A stretch of DNA of 40,116 nucleotides from Phoronis australis (taxonomy: Eukaryota; Animalia; Phoronida), in the NCBI GenBank assembly GCA_002633005.1, contig NMRA01000602.1, positions 181,680-221,795 on the forward strand, in the 5' to 3' direction. The position numbers were made by a program, and so were the translations under genes. Below are positions 12,596-25,440 of this stretch, one piece after another. The first letter of the stretch is position 1. Each line of letters begins with the position of its first letter. Under the pieces are notes generated by a model. It saw only the letters and a program-made list of their open reading frames with translations. It was not told the DNA's origin and ran no database searches.

Positions 12596-14730
12596 TATTT
12601 TCATCTAAAAATTAACTCTTTCAAAAATAAGATAAATTGTTGTAAACCTCTTCAAGAGATAAGAATAGTTCATAATCTTCATTCAACGACCTGACATGCA
12701 GGAATGAAATCAAATCATAGACAGATGAACATTGCAAAACCTTAAATCAAAACTTGCACAAGTAATATTATCACATAGCATTAAACAAAGAAAAACAAAA
12801 ATAGTGCCTAAGATGTTGTAGGAGCCTTGAGACATAACGGAAATGTAGCATCCTTTGTAAACATTTTGAAAAATCTCTTAAAGGCTGACTACCTATAAGA
12901 TTGTTTTGTTTTTTCATCATTTGTATGTTGAATCTCGTACATGAACTAAGTTATATGTCATTATGAACTTCAATCAACACATATTTCAACGGATCACATA
13001 TGTGGAGAGGAAAAATGAGTGTTTTATATCCAGCTTAATAAGTGTTGGCGATAGAATAAAACGAATTTCAGGCAAACAGATCTATAGCAACAAAATATTA
13101 ACTGTCTGGAAAGCACAATCCACATGCGAAACCAAATCTTTAAACGTCGCTATTTACAGCCCATCAAGGTCTCTGCAGAACTCGGGGGGTCCACATTTTT
13201 CAGGGTTGTGTGACTTGTTATAATTTATTAATTTGAGGTATCTGTCCACACACCAGGAATTGATGACTGACACAGTGTTGATGGGAGTGGGCATTTATTC
13301 CCAAGATTCATAGTCTTTTCGCTTCATCGTGCATGTTTTCTTTCTGTACTAAAATAAGTTGAGAAATATCCAGTTAGAGGGCATCGAGTAAAGTAAGTAA
13401 ATCTGAATTTGTATCGAGCTTGTCGCTCAGGATTCATGAATGATTTGTTAGTTAATTAGCCATCGACTTTAGAAAATGTAATGTGCTTTTGACTAGGAGC
13501 ATTTATGAGGGTGTTATCTGCTTCACTAATTAAAACTCCAGAAACATGAAAACTACCATAAAACGTAATTGAAGTCTATTCACTGAGGGAACGTAATTAG
13601 GAGAAAACATGGGTATCAGTGACAATGCATTGTAACTTTTCCATAACATGATATTTCCTACATCTATGAACACTCAGTTTTATATAATATAAATGCAATT
13701 TATATTTTTTGCATTATTTTGCCCATGGGCATATCATCCAACAGCAACATACAATTATCAAAGGAAACAGACTCATAACCTCTGCAGTACTGGGTTTGAG
13801 TGGCTTTCACCAAGTAGCTTATATCACTCAATAGGGCCTATTCATAAACCAATGTATGTACTATTTCACTTTCTATAGAATAACGTTGTTTATTGTAGCC
13901 AAATGTAACAAGCATTTCATTGACTAAGAGCTGACATTTGAGTTTTAATCCTATGAGTAAAACAGTTTGTATATCTAACCAGTATGGTTATCAGAACATT
14001 CGCCAGAAACACTATGTGGGACCAATAAACTTGATAAAATTCGTGTCTATTGTTCATGTAGGCATTATAGAACGGACAGCAACGCATCATTCAAAATGAT
14101 TTTTTACGATGGAAGCAGAGTTTTAACTGTTCACAAAGTTTTTTGAAACAGTTTCGGGATGGTGATTAACATTATTCATCCAAGAAGCACCAAATGCATG
14201 CACACATTTTTGACATCTACCTTTCCTGATGTCTTCTTTCGTGGATACTGGGTGTCGTTGTGCGTAAGATGTTGTTGCATGCCGTATGTTTATTTCCGCC
14301 TTCGTAATGGTTCAGGGGTGACTTCCATTTTCCGATTTGGATCAAATCTCCTATCGTTCTTTAAGATCATAGGCCTCCCTTATGTGGTGCATTATGGACT
14401 TTTGGTTGTAAAAATAAATCTCACTGTGTCAATTATTTTACGGTTTGTCTTTAATAAACTCTGTTGAATTTCAGTTTTTGTGAACTTTTTAAATTTCACA
14501 AAAAATCTGTCATCTGATCGCCAGTCATTGTTTTCCCAAAAACACAGCACGCGTCTCCTGATTTGGTATGGCTAGACATAGACGTAACGCACTTCCCTTA
14601 TATAGAATCTATAAACGTTGACCTTTATAGTGGCAATATAATTATTAGTATTCAAATGCAATTTTGAGGGAAATTTCTTGCTTCAGTGACTTGCCACTGT
14701 GGTGTCGATATAAGACTCGGGCGAATGCGA

Positions 14731-15602
14731 TGGATAGTTCTAAAACCCTTTCAACACCCTTGACCCCCTCGACCCACACCCCTTCGACAAACGACCCAAA
14801 AGCCCCTCGATCCAGTCTACACAAGCTCCACTGGATCTGAGCATAGAACAAGCGCTGACCAGCAGGACCAATTAGTTGGGCCTTGAGTTCGGCTGACTTT
14901 TTCCTGTTTTTTGCAATTAAAGGAGCGTATTCGGCAAGATTTAAAGCAAAAAAAAAAAAACAACCAAAAAAACAACGCGACCAGATGAAATCAAAGATCT
15001 ACCAACGTTACAAGTGTCGTTGCCGGCAGAACGCCATCGTGTCGTCTGCTATTCAATGAATTATGCCAGATTCAATCATTTTGTGGATAGTGCTAGGAAC
15101 CGACAAAAATTTAATTCCATCACTAAATGCAGTTTGAAATGACAAACTGTTTTCTAAAAAGTATTTCAACGTTATATGGAGTATATTGTGAACGAGTATA
15201 GAGAAAGCAAATTATAAAAAATGTGAAATTATGTACGTTCACGTCAATGCACTCTCTCCCTAGGTTTGGTAGAACTGGGCAATTGGTAGCCGCTCGTAGA
15301 ACTATTTCTGTAACAACGATAGCGCGCTCACAATGTGCTATTTAAGATCACGTTCTCTGATTTTAGTCGCCAGGCTTGAGCCAGAGTCAACTCGCGTGTA
15401 GGTATTTCTTATAGGAAAGTCACTCAGCGACGTAATAAGATTATGTAATATGTAAAATCGCAAAAACACCTCCATCGCCAAAGGTCGTGGCTCGAAGGAT
15501 CATGGGTCGTGGGGTCGAGGGGTTGTGGGTCAAGGGGGTCGTGGGTCGATAGTGTCAAGGGATGTGGGGGTCGAGATGTCGAAGGGTTTTTAGAACTATC
15601 CA
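14731..15602. mobile_element. Non-autonomous TIR element with GACCC/GGGTC subterminal arrays
   Basis: Left end TGGATAGTTCTAAAACCCTT; the right end reverse-complements to TGGATAGTTCTAAAAACCCTT. A C-rich array lies inside the left end and a G-rich mirror inside the right end. The TSD is ambiguous. Confidence 0.75.
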
Positions 15603-16967
15603 GATGGAATCAGACACGATAAGGTGGCGTCAATATGATAAATTGGCGAAACATGCAACAACTCAAACAATGTGAATATATTTTGTAACATGCCATATCA
15701 CGAGTAATTCTCTCACCCAACTCAAAAATTATCATTGTTTCCAAATCCCCTACCTTTCCGGTGATGCTTTAGTACGTGAAAAATTATTAAGAAGTCGACT
15801 TTGTTGCGCAGTAATTTCAAGGTGTATTTTGAAGATTGAATTCCGAATCCATAGTAAAGTGCCTTTGAGGCTGATAGAATTTGTTAAAACGGATAACCAA
15901 TTTTGGTTTCTTGGGATACACGTTCCACAATTATTCCGAAATGTACAATTCCAGAATTTCAAATTGGGTTCTCGGTTATCAGACTCTGCATCTGGGCCTA
16001 CTTTACTGTTACGCTTTGTTTTGAAAGTGAACATGTGAGGCGTATTATGACCTAGATGGGGGAATTAAAATGCAATGACTCATTTTGTTGAGTGGGAAAT
16101 AATATTGCTTATTTCTACACGTACTGGAAAGTGAACAACATTAAATGTAACAGACAAGTTATCATACGCTAGTGAATAAACAATGGGCTTATTTTAAACT
16201 AAAGACTTGAAACTGACTGTCCGATTTTTTTTCGGCAAACGCGGGAACATTAAATAGCAAAAATGAACCTTTTGTAAAATCTTGTCTCTTTCTTGTTGCC
16301 GATAAAATTCTGATCACCTTTGTACAGCCACCTGGGTATAGCAGTATCCACTTAATTTATGCAGCAGTACTGCAACTATTCTCAAGGTTTTTCGGAATAC
16401 ACAAAAACAATTAATCGAAATTGCAAATTTCTCATTTTAAACAGGCTTTTACATAGGCTCTAGAGGGCTTATGGTTCTTTGAATATAGGCTATATTTTAA
16501 TGGCATGTGTATGGATTGGTCGACACTTCACAAAAATAGATTTGAAGCATGATACTTTGGTGCGTCTGAAAATGTCAATATTTCCGAAAATCGTACTTTG
16601 TGGCCACCTGCAAAAAGTAACCGGTGTCGACAATGTCTGGTAGACGGAAAACGATGTGTAAACTGCAATTTTCAAGGTGAAATAACTATAATTGATTTTT
16701 AGTTGGAAAAGGAGCTTGTTACTTCTACATTGCTTGGAAATTAACCTGACACTAGATTAATCTTTAGCGTGAATTCATCACCTGTCAATTATTCTTAAAG
16801 TAACACAAAGTGCCAATTGGTGTTCAATCTAATTACCTCGTCTTTTGTTGCAAAGCCCTCCCGTTGTCTAAGGTACCATCATACTCAGACACAATGTCTT
16901 TTTGTGAAATGCTATCTAGTTTTCACTTAGTGACAGAAGTGGCAAAAATCAATTGATGTGATGATCA

Positions 16968-17325
16968 CCCTTACAAAAATGAACTTAAGTTTTTCGCTGA
17001 AAACTTAAGTTTTTGGCGAAAAAACTTAAGTTTTTGGAAAATAAGTTAAGTTTTAGAGGAAAAACTTAAGTTCTTCCGAAAAACTTAAGTTTTTAAAAGA
17101 AACTTAAGTTTTTCAGAAAACTTAAGTTTTTTCAGGTGTAAAACTTAAGTTTTCACAAATAAACTTAAGTTTCAAGTAATAACTTAAGTTTTCATGAAAA
17201 CTTAAGTTTTTTGAACTAACAAAACTTAAGTTTTTCTGATAACTTATAAGTTTATCACAAAACTTAAGTTTTTCTGACCAAAAATTAAGTTTTTCGATGA
17301 AAACTTAAGTTCATTTTTGTAAGGG
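16968..17325. mobile_element. Complete 358-bp MITE-like element: 26-bp perfect TIRs, 2-bp TSD (CA), internal array of palindromic AAAACTTAAGTTTT
   Basis: ca|CCCTTACAAAAATGAACTTAAGTTTT ... AAAACTTAAGTTCATTTTTGTAAGGG|ca, with about 17 units at ~20-bp period. CCC termini and a 2-bp TSD suggest an animal CMC/EnSpm type. Confidence 0.88.
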
Positions 17326-17504
17326 CACGTAGGACACCTGTCAAAAATATCAGAATTTAATATTAAGTATGGAATGAGTGACGGTTAATTCCACCATGAG
17401 CATTGTGGTTTTACGTGTGTGCATTTATTCATTGGATTCAGTCATCAAGTGAAATCATTGGCAAAGTTGTTGATATAAAGAATCTCCACGCCTTTTTATC
17501 ACAG

Positions 17505-17839
17505 ATAAAGAAGTCACGGATGAAAGAGCTGTTCTAGAAGGGTGCTACGAAGTAACCAGAACAAATGGGTTATCCACTTATAAAACGATTGATATCAAAG
17601 AAGGAAAACTTCAGCACAATGTTTGCAGAAAACGATGTGGCGAAATGGGAAGTAAGATATCTTTGGTGAAGGAAACATCAAAGTGCCTTTGTGGCAACAC
17701 AGTTAACATAAGTTACATGCACTTAGCTGACAAGGATAAATGTAATCTGCCATGCCCAGGGAATGCATTGCAATCTTGCGGAGGAGAAGGTCATGTCTAC
17801 CTCATGCTTTCAAACAGAACCGACAATATTAGACAGTGA
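17505..17839 (+). CDS. WSC gene A, WSC domain 3, terminal coding exon
   Basis: cctttttatcacAG acceptor, phase 1. Reads KEVTDERAVLEGCY...VCRKRC...SKCLCGN...KCNLPCPGNALQSCGG...IRQ-TGA (8 Cys, no TM segment). Confidence 0.88.
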
Positions 17840-18399
17840 TGCTTCTACGTCAGTGATGAGAAATTTATTTTCACGTTTTCGGAATTTGAAGTACTGTTAC
17901 ACATAATTAATTAGGGCACTTCTCGACAGGCGTGCATACAGCAATCGTGGAATTTGATTAGGTAATGGCATGCACAGTTTGGTTCAAACGAAAATTATTC
18001 AGACACAATGGCTATGTACTTTCCATCATGACAGCTAGTCAGAAGCGGTATTCAGTGTCAGAAAAGTCCGCCCTAATGACCGAGAATGAAGTGGGGTTGC
18101 AAGAAAGTTACAAAACCATCAAAAACACCTGGTACTTAGAATTTTACCACTCATGCTGCTAACAAACTTAGCAGTCGTGGCAGGAAAACGACATTTTGTC
18201 CTGATTACAGAGTCTGTTGTAGTTCATGCTTGGTATTTGGTCCAAGCTGCTGTCCAGAGAGTGTCGAGAACTACCACTGTTACACTCATCCGGTCATCTT
18301 CCTTCTTACCAAGAGCTATTAGTGATTCCCCAGAGCAAGTCCAGTCATTGCACTTTCAGTTTTTCCCAATACCGTACTGGCCAGTGATTCCCTGAAAAA

Positions 18400-18750
18400 A
18401 AAAACAATAAACATGCAGGTACTTTGCCAATACTGGACCTGGGCTGTCTTCTATATTGACCCAATGCTGTATTCCAGTACTGGCCCAATAACATTTTGCA
18501 CACCCGCTGGGTATTGGGCAGGTATAAGATTGCAGTAAAGGACCAGTACCAAGCCATTACTGGACCAATACACCAAAAACCGGTTTCGGCCCTATAAAGG
18601 CCCTGCACATGGCCATTGGTGGGCTCATGTTAAGCCCGTATACTAATTATATAGGCGAAGGTGCAGTGGTGGGCCAGTACAGTGCCAGTACGGAACCATT
18701 AATGTTGCCTTTACAGGCCCAATGCAGGAATATTACTGTTTGTTGGCATA
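18400..18750. repeat. Degenerate element with repeated CCAATACTGG/CCAGTACTGG/GGCCC units
   Basis: Many ccaata/ccagta-ctgg units in both orientations. Weak terminal match caataaaca vs the reverse complement caacaaaca. Confidence 0.45.
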
Positions 18751-20858
18751 TCAAAACAACTGGTTTGTTTGTTCAATCCTTCAAGTTTTTAAATCCTACA
18801 ACATTCGCGTTGTTGATCATTTCAATCCTATTACATGCGTAACTGTTACTTACAAGAAGAAAAGGCTCTTGTTCTTTAATACTTTTATTACTACGAAACT
18901 ACTAAGGGAAAAATCTTACGAAAAATGACGAATTACATCAATAAAAAGTACGCAAATAATTATTTTTTAACAAAACTGTCTCGGGCTTGTTAGTGGACTG
19001 GCAGCTTCACATAGTCATCGCCCTCCCTCCGTGTCGCCAGCGTTTCGAAACCTGATGCCTGTCTCTTTTACTATAAAGCTTGCATTAGCATTGCTTTGCT
19101 CCTTGGTCAAAATCCCTTAAATACAACAACGCCTGCTTATTATCATAGATTACAAACTAACTCCAAAACAAAACTTATTTGAAATGCATAATCTTCAAGA
19201 TATTTGAATGTTTCCTCCTTTGTTAACAGAAGTCTTACAGCTGGTTGTAAAACTTCAGTTTCTTTAAGTAATAAATATTTTCAGAGGAGACTTTTCCGTA
19301 GATCTATTTCTTCCAAAAATGTCTATGTCGTTACCATTTTAAGATTCCTAAAATACTTCACAACCTGTTACGAAATAGTCTCATGAGAATAAGTTAATGG
19401 TTTTGTTCTGTGTTTACTCACAATTGACACTTATACGACCTTTTTAACTGTGTTCCAAGCCTCATCGGTTTAGCCATTTGAGGCTTGGTTATGGGAATGG
19501 CTTTCTGCACAATGATTAACCGTTGTCTTGGCGTCATTGGACAAAGGCAGATTGTAATTATTTTCACATTGCAGCAATTCATGCGACAGAATGCATTGTT
19601 TTAGCTATTGTCTGAAATAAAGTTTGTACTTATTTTCAATTCATATTTATGAATAGTATTAATCTGTTTTTTAATCAAAACACGTAATTTTTGCAATAAT
19701 ATAGACCTTATTTGCTGCAACATGCCGTTAGTTTTTATTTTTATATATAACTGCAGACAATTTCGAAATTACGTATGATATTCCGAGAATACCGTAAAAA
19801 ATTCTGACACATTTCATTTCCCATTACAAAGCTCAAATGATCATCATCATCTTGTCCCTTGGAGACGAGGATGAGTGCCGCTTATATTAAACAATGATGG
19901 GTGTGCACAAGGTCAGCAATGCTGTCAAAGCAGTAGACACAGCAACAAAACTTGGATTGTTTCCGTTTCATAAGATCACCAATAGCCCGCATTGTTTTGG
20001 AGTTTGATATTTGGGTGTATGAAGTTTCGTTGTGAAACACCTAAAACGATATAGAGCATGTAAATTGGGCATATAATAAATAGATGGAAGTTCATAACTA
20101 TCTTTAAAAGCCTACAACACTGTTTCGGGGGTAGAATTTAAACATAAGTAAAGCAACTTTGCATGTTAGAAACGGGTTGCAGAAGCAAATTTTCAAATCC
20201 ACTAGGTCCCTAGAACAACTATATCAACTCTGAGTACTTAAGCCCTAAAAGAATTATGCAAATAAACAGAAGTCCAATCAAAGAGGAACCCCCTCCAGTC
20301 ACACACCGTTAAGGTCAGTGTCTCATCTTCGAAATGTTATCGCTGTACTTTAAACAAGTCAAATAGATACAATCCAAGCGTTTGAGTTTATCTGTTCATC
20401 GATCACCACTGACGTCACTCACTAGGCTACATAACAAAACATAAAGGTAATACTATAAACTTTGATTTGCTCAGAATTCTATGAAATGTGCAATCAGCAC
20501 CAAACAAAATTTTGAATACCTTCTTTCACTTTTTCATATTAAATTGCCTTCGCGTGTTGATTTGCAAACAGAAATATTGAAACATATCAAGGTTATTTTT
20601 GACGTTCATGGCAGACGACCTTAGTACACTTCTGGATTTTTCATACACAGTGCATAAGCTATTCCAAAGCTCTATTTAACTTGCCGACGAGAGCTAGTTG
20701 CGTGTCTTTTACATAATTCAATTTCGGTATGAATGGGCTTGTAAAATAACCTTGTTTGAACCCGAAGAATCACTAACTTACATGAAGGATTACTAGAAAA
20801 ACCGCCAGTTGCCGACAGCTGATTTCCGCAAATAAATGTATGGTCTGGCATTAGAATC

Positions 20859-21996
20859 TCGTAATTTAATTAATTTCTCGTCCTCAACTCCAGAAGTGAC
20901 GTTTTGGGAGGCAAGAATTTCGCGCCAATTTCTTTTCATACAGTCATACTGCGAGAGCTGTGAAGTCAGTCATTGTTCTACCTCGGATGTGGTAAGTTCG
21001 TCCGTAGTTTGTTTTTGTTTGCGAGTCAGTCAACATGCCACGCTCTTGCTGCGTACCAGGATGTACTCACTATCGTCTCACACGCGTTGTGGGTACCTTG
21101 CATCGCTTTCCGAAGGATGACACACTTCGCCGTACTTGGCTAGCTCATTGGTGTGAAGAACGCAGCGCTACCCGTTCACGCAACGTACAAAGCAGTGGCA
21201 AGCATTTTCAGCCGTCAGATTACGGCAGAGATATTTACGCTGAATTGATGAAGGTTCCTGCGAAACAACGCCTGAAGAAGGGTTCCATACCACGCCTTTT
21301 GATTCCCGGCAGTGCCGCAATCGCCACCCCCGAGAAGTGCTTTTTTGAAGCGAGAAGCCTCGCGAACCGTAGCCACTATAAACTGTGACTGGAGGTGGCA
21401 CTTCATCTAATGTCACCCATCCCTCCGAACGTACCCCATAGCGTGCAATTCCTGGAACTAGCAGTGATTCCCCGTGTGTTGTTGTCTCTAGCCCAGAGCC
21501 TGTAAGCATCCCTGCAGCGATGCTGAGTTTGGGAGTGAATACAGGCCCAGTTTGACACCCAGTGAAAAGGACAGTTCGTCATCCAGTGAACAGATCGGTG
21601 AACCTAAGTTTGATAACGTCATTGTGGACTTGTATCGGAGCTATTTAGAAGGTGCCCCGAGTGTGACGAGCCGGGGAGTCGCACGGCGGGATGTAAGCAG
21701 TTTGGGTACTCAAGTCACCATCGGGAGTGTGTCGCGGGACACTCTGGCAAGTGGGACAGTTCTTCCTCTTTACGTGAGACGATAATGAGTACATCTCGGT
21801 AGGCAGCAGCCGCGTGGCATGTTGACTTACTCGTAAACAAAAGCAAACGACGACCGAACTTATCCCAACCGAGGAATAACAATGACTGACTCGACTGCTC
21901 TAACAGTCAGACTGTATGAAAAGAAATTGGCGCGAAATTCTTGCCTCCCAAAACGTCACTTCCGGAGTAAACGACAAGTAATTAATTAAGTTACGA
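20859..21996. mobile_element. Fold-back element with ~220-bp imperfect inverted arms (20859-21081 / 21774-21996) enclosing a THAP ORF
   Basis: 20893-20945 is the exact 53-bp reverse complement of 21910-21962. Similarity continues inward through the first 16 THAP codons. No transposase core and no clear TSD. Confidence 0.85.
21035..21388 (+). CDS. THAP-domain ORF (117 aa), probably degenerate
   Basis: Reads MPRSCCVPGC...LHRFPKD...RRTWL...SGKHF...RLKKGSIPRL. The third zinc ligand reads Ser (AGT) where Cys (TGT) is expected. Confidence 0.75.
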   Translation: MPRSCCVPGCTHYRLTRVVGTLHRFPKDDTLRRTWLAHWCEERSATRSRNVQSSGKHFQPSDYGRDIYAELMKVPAKQRLKKGSIPRLLIPGSAAIATPEKCFFEARSLANRSHYKL

Positions 21997-22618
21997 AAAG
22001 CTGTAATAAGGTTGCCTTCGCCTTTAATTCTCGTAACTAATCTTCGTCGAACATGTATGTACAAGTAAAAGAGACCAAATGAGTTTGGCGAAGATTTCCA
22101 ACTTGACGAGCGATAACTCCAAAGTATTTCAACTGAGTCACAGTTGCTAACAGACATTGAGTAGTATGACAGTCAGCTGCTTATTATGCTTATTATAACG
22201 ACTTGAGGTCATCGGTGTCTAATTTGTATTGGAATTGGAAACAATCAGAAGCTGAGAACGTCCTCGGAATAATTCGTTTACTCTCACATTGACACGGCAT
22301 TCGAATTAAACAAATATGAAACTTACCAGAAATCTGAAGTTCACTGTCAAAATCCTTCATTCTTCTGTCACACTCGCTGGTTTCAAACTGTGAAAAATCT
22401 TCTAAACAGCCCAAGTGTTCTTCAACGGAAATTTCAAAATTGCGGTTTTTAATTAGAGTCATCTAGTGGAAAGTTTTCTTTAAAAAATAACATATCACTG
22501 TAATACATCTGTTGGTAATTTTTTAAAACAAAACTTAGTGTTAAATTAGTAAGCGACATCCTCTGGGCAAGACTAAAACTGCCCTCATGTGTTCAAGTCT
22601 GTATCCACCGCTCAAGCA

Positions 22619-23620
22619 TTTTTGTTTCTGTTTCTGTTTCTGTGGTGACGTCAGAGGGTAGGCACCGTGATAGCCTGTGGCCCTCCTCCTTCCAGTACCG
22701 CACGCAATGTAAATTTGGAGATGCAACCAAGTTCGTGATGGTTACACACTCTTTGATCTTTTCCCCTGATACGAGTTTTTTCTGCATCTCTGTATTGCCA
22801 TCCTCGCTCTATGAGGCGCTTTGTTGCCCCTCACTCCTGCTGTTGTACAATCTGCCTGCAAGCTAATTAGCCTTGACGTTGAATGAGATGCCACAGTGTC
22901 CTGGTATATAAAAACTGGTGAAGAGACCATTATTAGTACTGAACGGAGGGATCCAGGATTCTTTCACATGACCAGTTTTTAGCCTGCTAATGAGGCTGAG
23001 GGAGTCTGTAACTAGAAATGATCTGTCTGTTAATGTTGTTTTCTGTGAAAGCCAGACTAGGGCGTCTTCATTTGCTTCACATTCAGCTCTAAAAAACGAG
23101 GATTTTCCAACCCGTGCTGTTGTCCCTTCGAAGAGGCGTTGACCCTCGCGAGTCCAAGCAACTGCTGCCCAAGCCGTAGTGTCACCTCTTAGTGAGCCGT
23201 CCGTTGCAACAATGATTGTGGGAGATTGTTCTTCAAACCATTCCGATACAGTTGCTTGATTGATACAGTCAGCTCTTTCCCGCCAATGACGGCCTGCAAT
23301 CTCCATGGTGTTGATGACAATGTTTGTGGCTTTGGACCACACTATGCTGTTGATGTTCTCAACTGGACAAAATCTCTAGCTCCGATAACCCATGATTGAA
23401 CAGTTTTCAGCCTCTTTGCAGTGTGCTCATCACTATGCTCTCTCAGGTCCAGGTACAGAGGATGAAAGCTGGTTGTAGCTGCTTTTTGAAATGCTTGGGC
23501 TGCTACTGTCTTCTGTTTAGTGCGGATGCTATTGATACCTAACCAGTATTGGAGGCTATCTATCGGAGTGGGTGTAGCTGCACTGGCTACTATCTTCATG
23601 GCCTGGTTTGGAATACAATA
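22619..23620 (-). mobile_element. 3' end of an RNase H-encoding LINE (I/Ingi/LOA-like group) with a (CAGAAA)n tail
   Basis: KIVASAATPTPIDSL (RIITGA..TP-like), then RNase H motifs ATDGS, RAECEA..AL, VTDSLS and YIPGHCGISFNVKAN. A CAGAAA x3 tail on the - strand at 22619-22642 follows the coding remnant. Confidence 0.8.
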
Positions 23621-24679
23621 CCCTCATCCTCAGATACACTTATGTGAAGCTGAACAAACAAAACACATTATTTGGGAGTTGCAGTTAAAACATGACTTCA
23701 ACACGAAGGGGAATGATGTTTTCAGCAACATGCCTGTTGTTGTCAGCAAAGCGGCAAACTGGTAGTGTTCTTCAAAGAGCCAATGACTATTTTAATGGAG
23801 ATTTAAGTCAGTATACTTTTCAGCATTTCTCGTGGCATATTTTAATGATACTTGAGAAATGTATTTTGTTACAGGTTTTCAGTTTTGTTACCTATGAAAA
23901 TTGCGTGTTTACTGATGAAACTTAACAAGAGGGGCTTTATAACACAAAAGTTATGTAGAAACCGGCTCTATTACGAAACGAGAGCGTTTCTGGCCTTGAA
24001 TTCAAGAAGAGAAGAAACATCAATTGGCACCTAAGACCATTCCTCTATACACAGCTCAGTACTCTAATCATGTTGTCACTGTTGTTTGTGTCGTGTTGTT
24101 TGTTGCTGGTGCAGCGGTGATGCACAATATGATAACCCGTTAAAACATTACAATCGTACAAAATGCCAGTCTGAGCAGCACATGGATAACATTGGTCAAT
24201 ACATTCCATATGATACATATGAAACCTCACTGTTCTAACTGCTTTCAGACCAATTAAGTTTAGTTCCTGCGTTAACTTGTCGATGTTGATGCTAGAAGCC
24301 TGATAACAGTCGACAAGGAAAAAATGGTTTTTGAAGCACTTGTTAGGCCCTGTCTCCTGTCCACTGACGGATTTGTGTTTTTCATAAAGTGAGTCTCGAA
24401 GGGCCTAGTGGCATATTCAAATTCCAAGATGGGATTTGTCTCGAGTTGCCAAAGGGTCAAACCGTACAGAGTTATGGGTGAAATTCGTTTGTTTTGATCA
24501 CGCAGATTTTAAGACAATAAAAAATAAAAGAAAAAATGTGTACACCTCATACTTACGAACAGGTCTAATAAAGAATCAGAGAATAGGTTTTGTTGGTTTT
24601 TATGCAAAATCATGGTGTTTTTAAAGTGTTTTAAAAGGAATCATATGGATTTTAACCCACTCTCAAAAGAGCACCCACA

Positions 24680-25440
24680 TGACTCCTTCCAATTGCAAAC
24701 TGACCTTAACAATCTCTTGCAAATGGAAATTTAAACCTGGAAAAAGTGTTGATCTTATATTTTCTAAGTCTAATAATACTCATTTCCAAGCAAATCCAAA
24801 GCTGGAAATACCACTCAATGGGGGAAGTTATTCCCAATAAGTTCACGCACAAACATCTTGGCTTGCTACTCGACCATAAGCTTACATTTACTCCTCATTG
24901 TCTCGAACTCGTTCACAAAGTACACAGATTAATCAATACAATTAGAATTATCTCTCGTCATCTCAACTCCATGCATCTTGAAACTCCGTTCAAGTCTTTT
25001 GTACCTCCACATGTTGATTACTGTGACATACCAATCGGCAAACGCTGGAATACTTCTTCAATTGGAAAGGCTACAACATCAAGCCATAACAGGGGCATAC
25101 AAAGGGTCCAACACAACCAAGGTTCTAAGTAGTCTCAACTGGAGCAAACTAGCAGCCTGTCCTAAACTCCACATGTCCATGTATACATACAAAGTCTTAA
25201 CCAACATAAACAATTACTCTAACATAATCCTCTTTGACTGCTACAAAAGACCAAAACAAGACAGGACTGCAGCAATGTAATATGCACACTCTTCCATTTT
25301 CCATCAGCCAAGCCTTCAGGAGATCATCGAAATTAATTGTATTGACAACTGGAATTCCTTACCACCCCAAATAAAAGAAAGCACTTCAATCGTCACTCTC
25401 AAAAATAACTTTAAAATGCATACTTGCCAGTCCAATTGAC
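24680..25440 (+). mobile_element. CR1-group LINE, C-terminal ORF2 fragment
   Basis: LQTDLNNL, HKHLGLLLDHKLTFTPH, SFVPPHVDYCD, LERLQ..ITGAYKGSN..LNWSKL and NWNSLP, spread across frameshifts. Confidence 0.8.

Noticed and set aside
16968-17325. CRISPR array
   Set aside because: Spacers are only ~5-8 bp, the array is bounded by TIRs and a TSD, there are no cas genes, and the context is eukaryotic.
18345-18391. Minus-strand terminal exon after a T-rich acceptor
   Set aside because: All frames stop quickly without a recognisable motif, and the site abuts a degenerate repeat.
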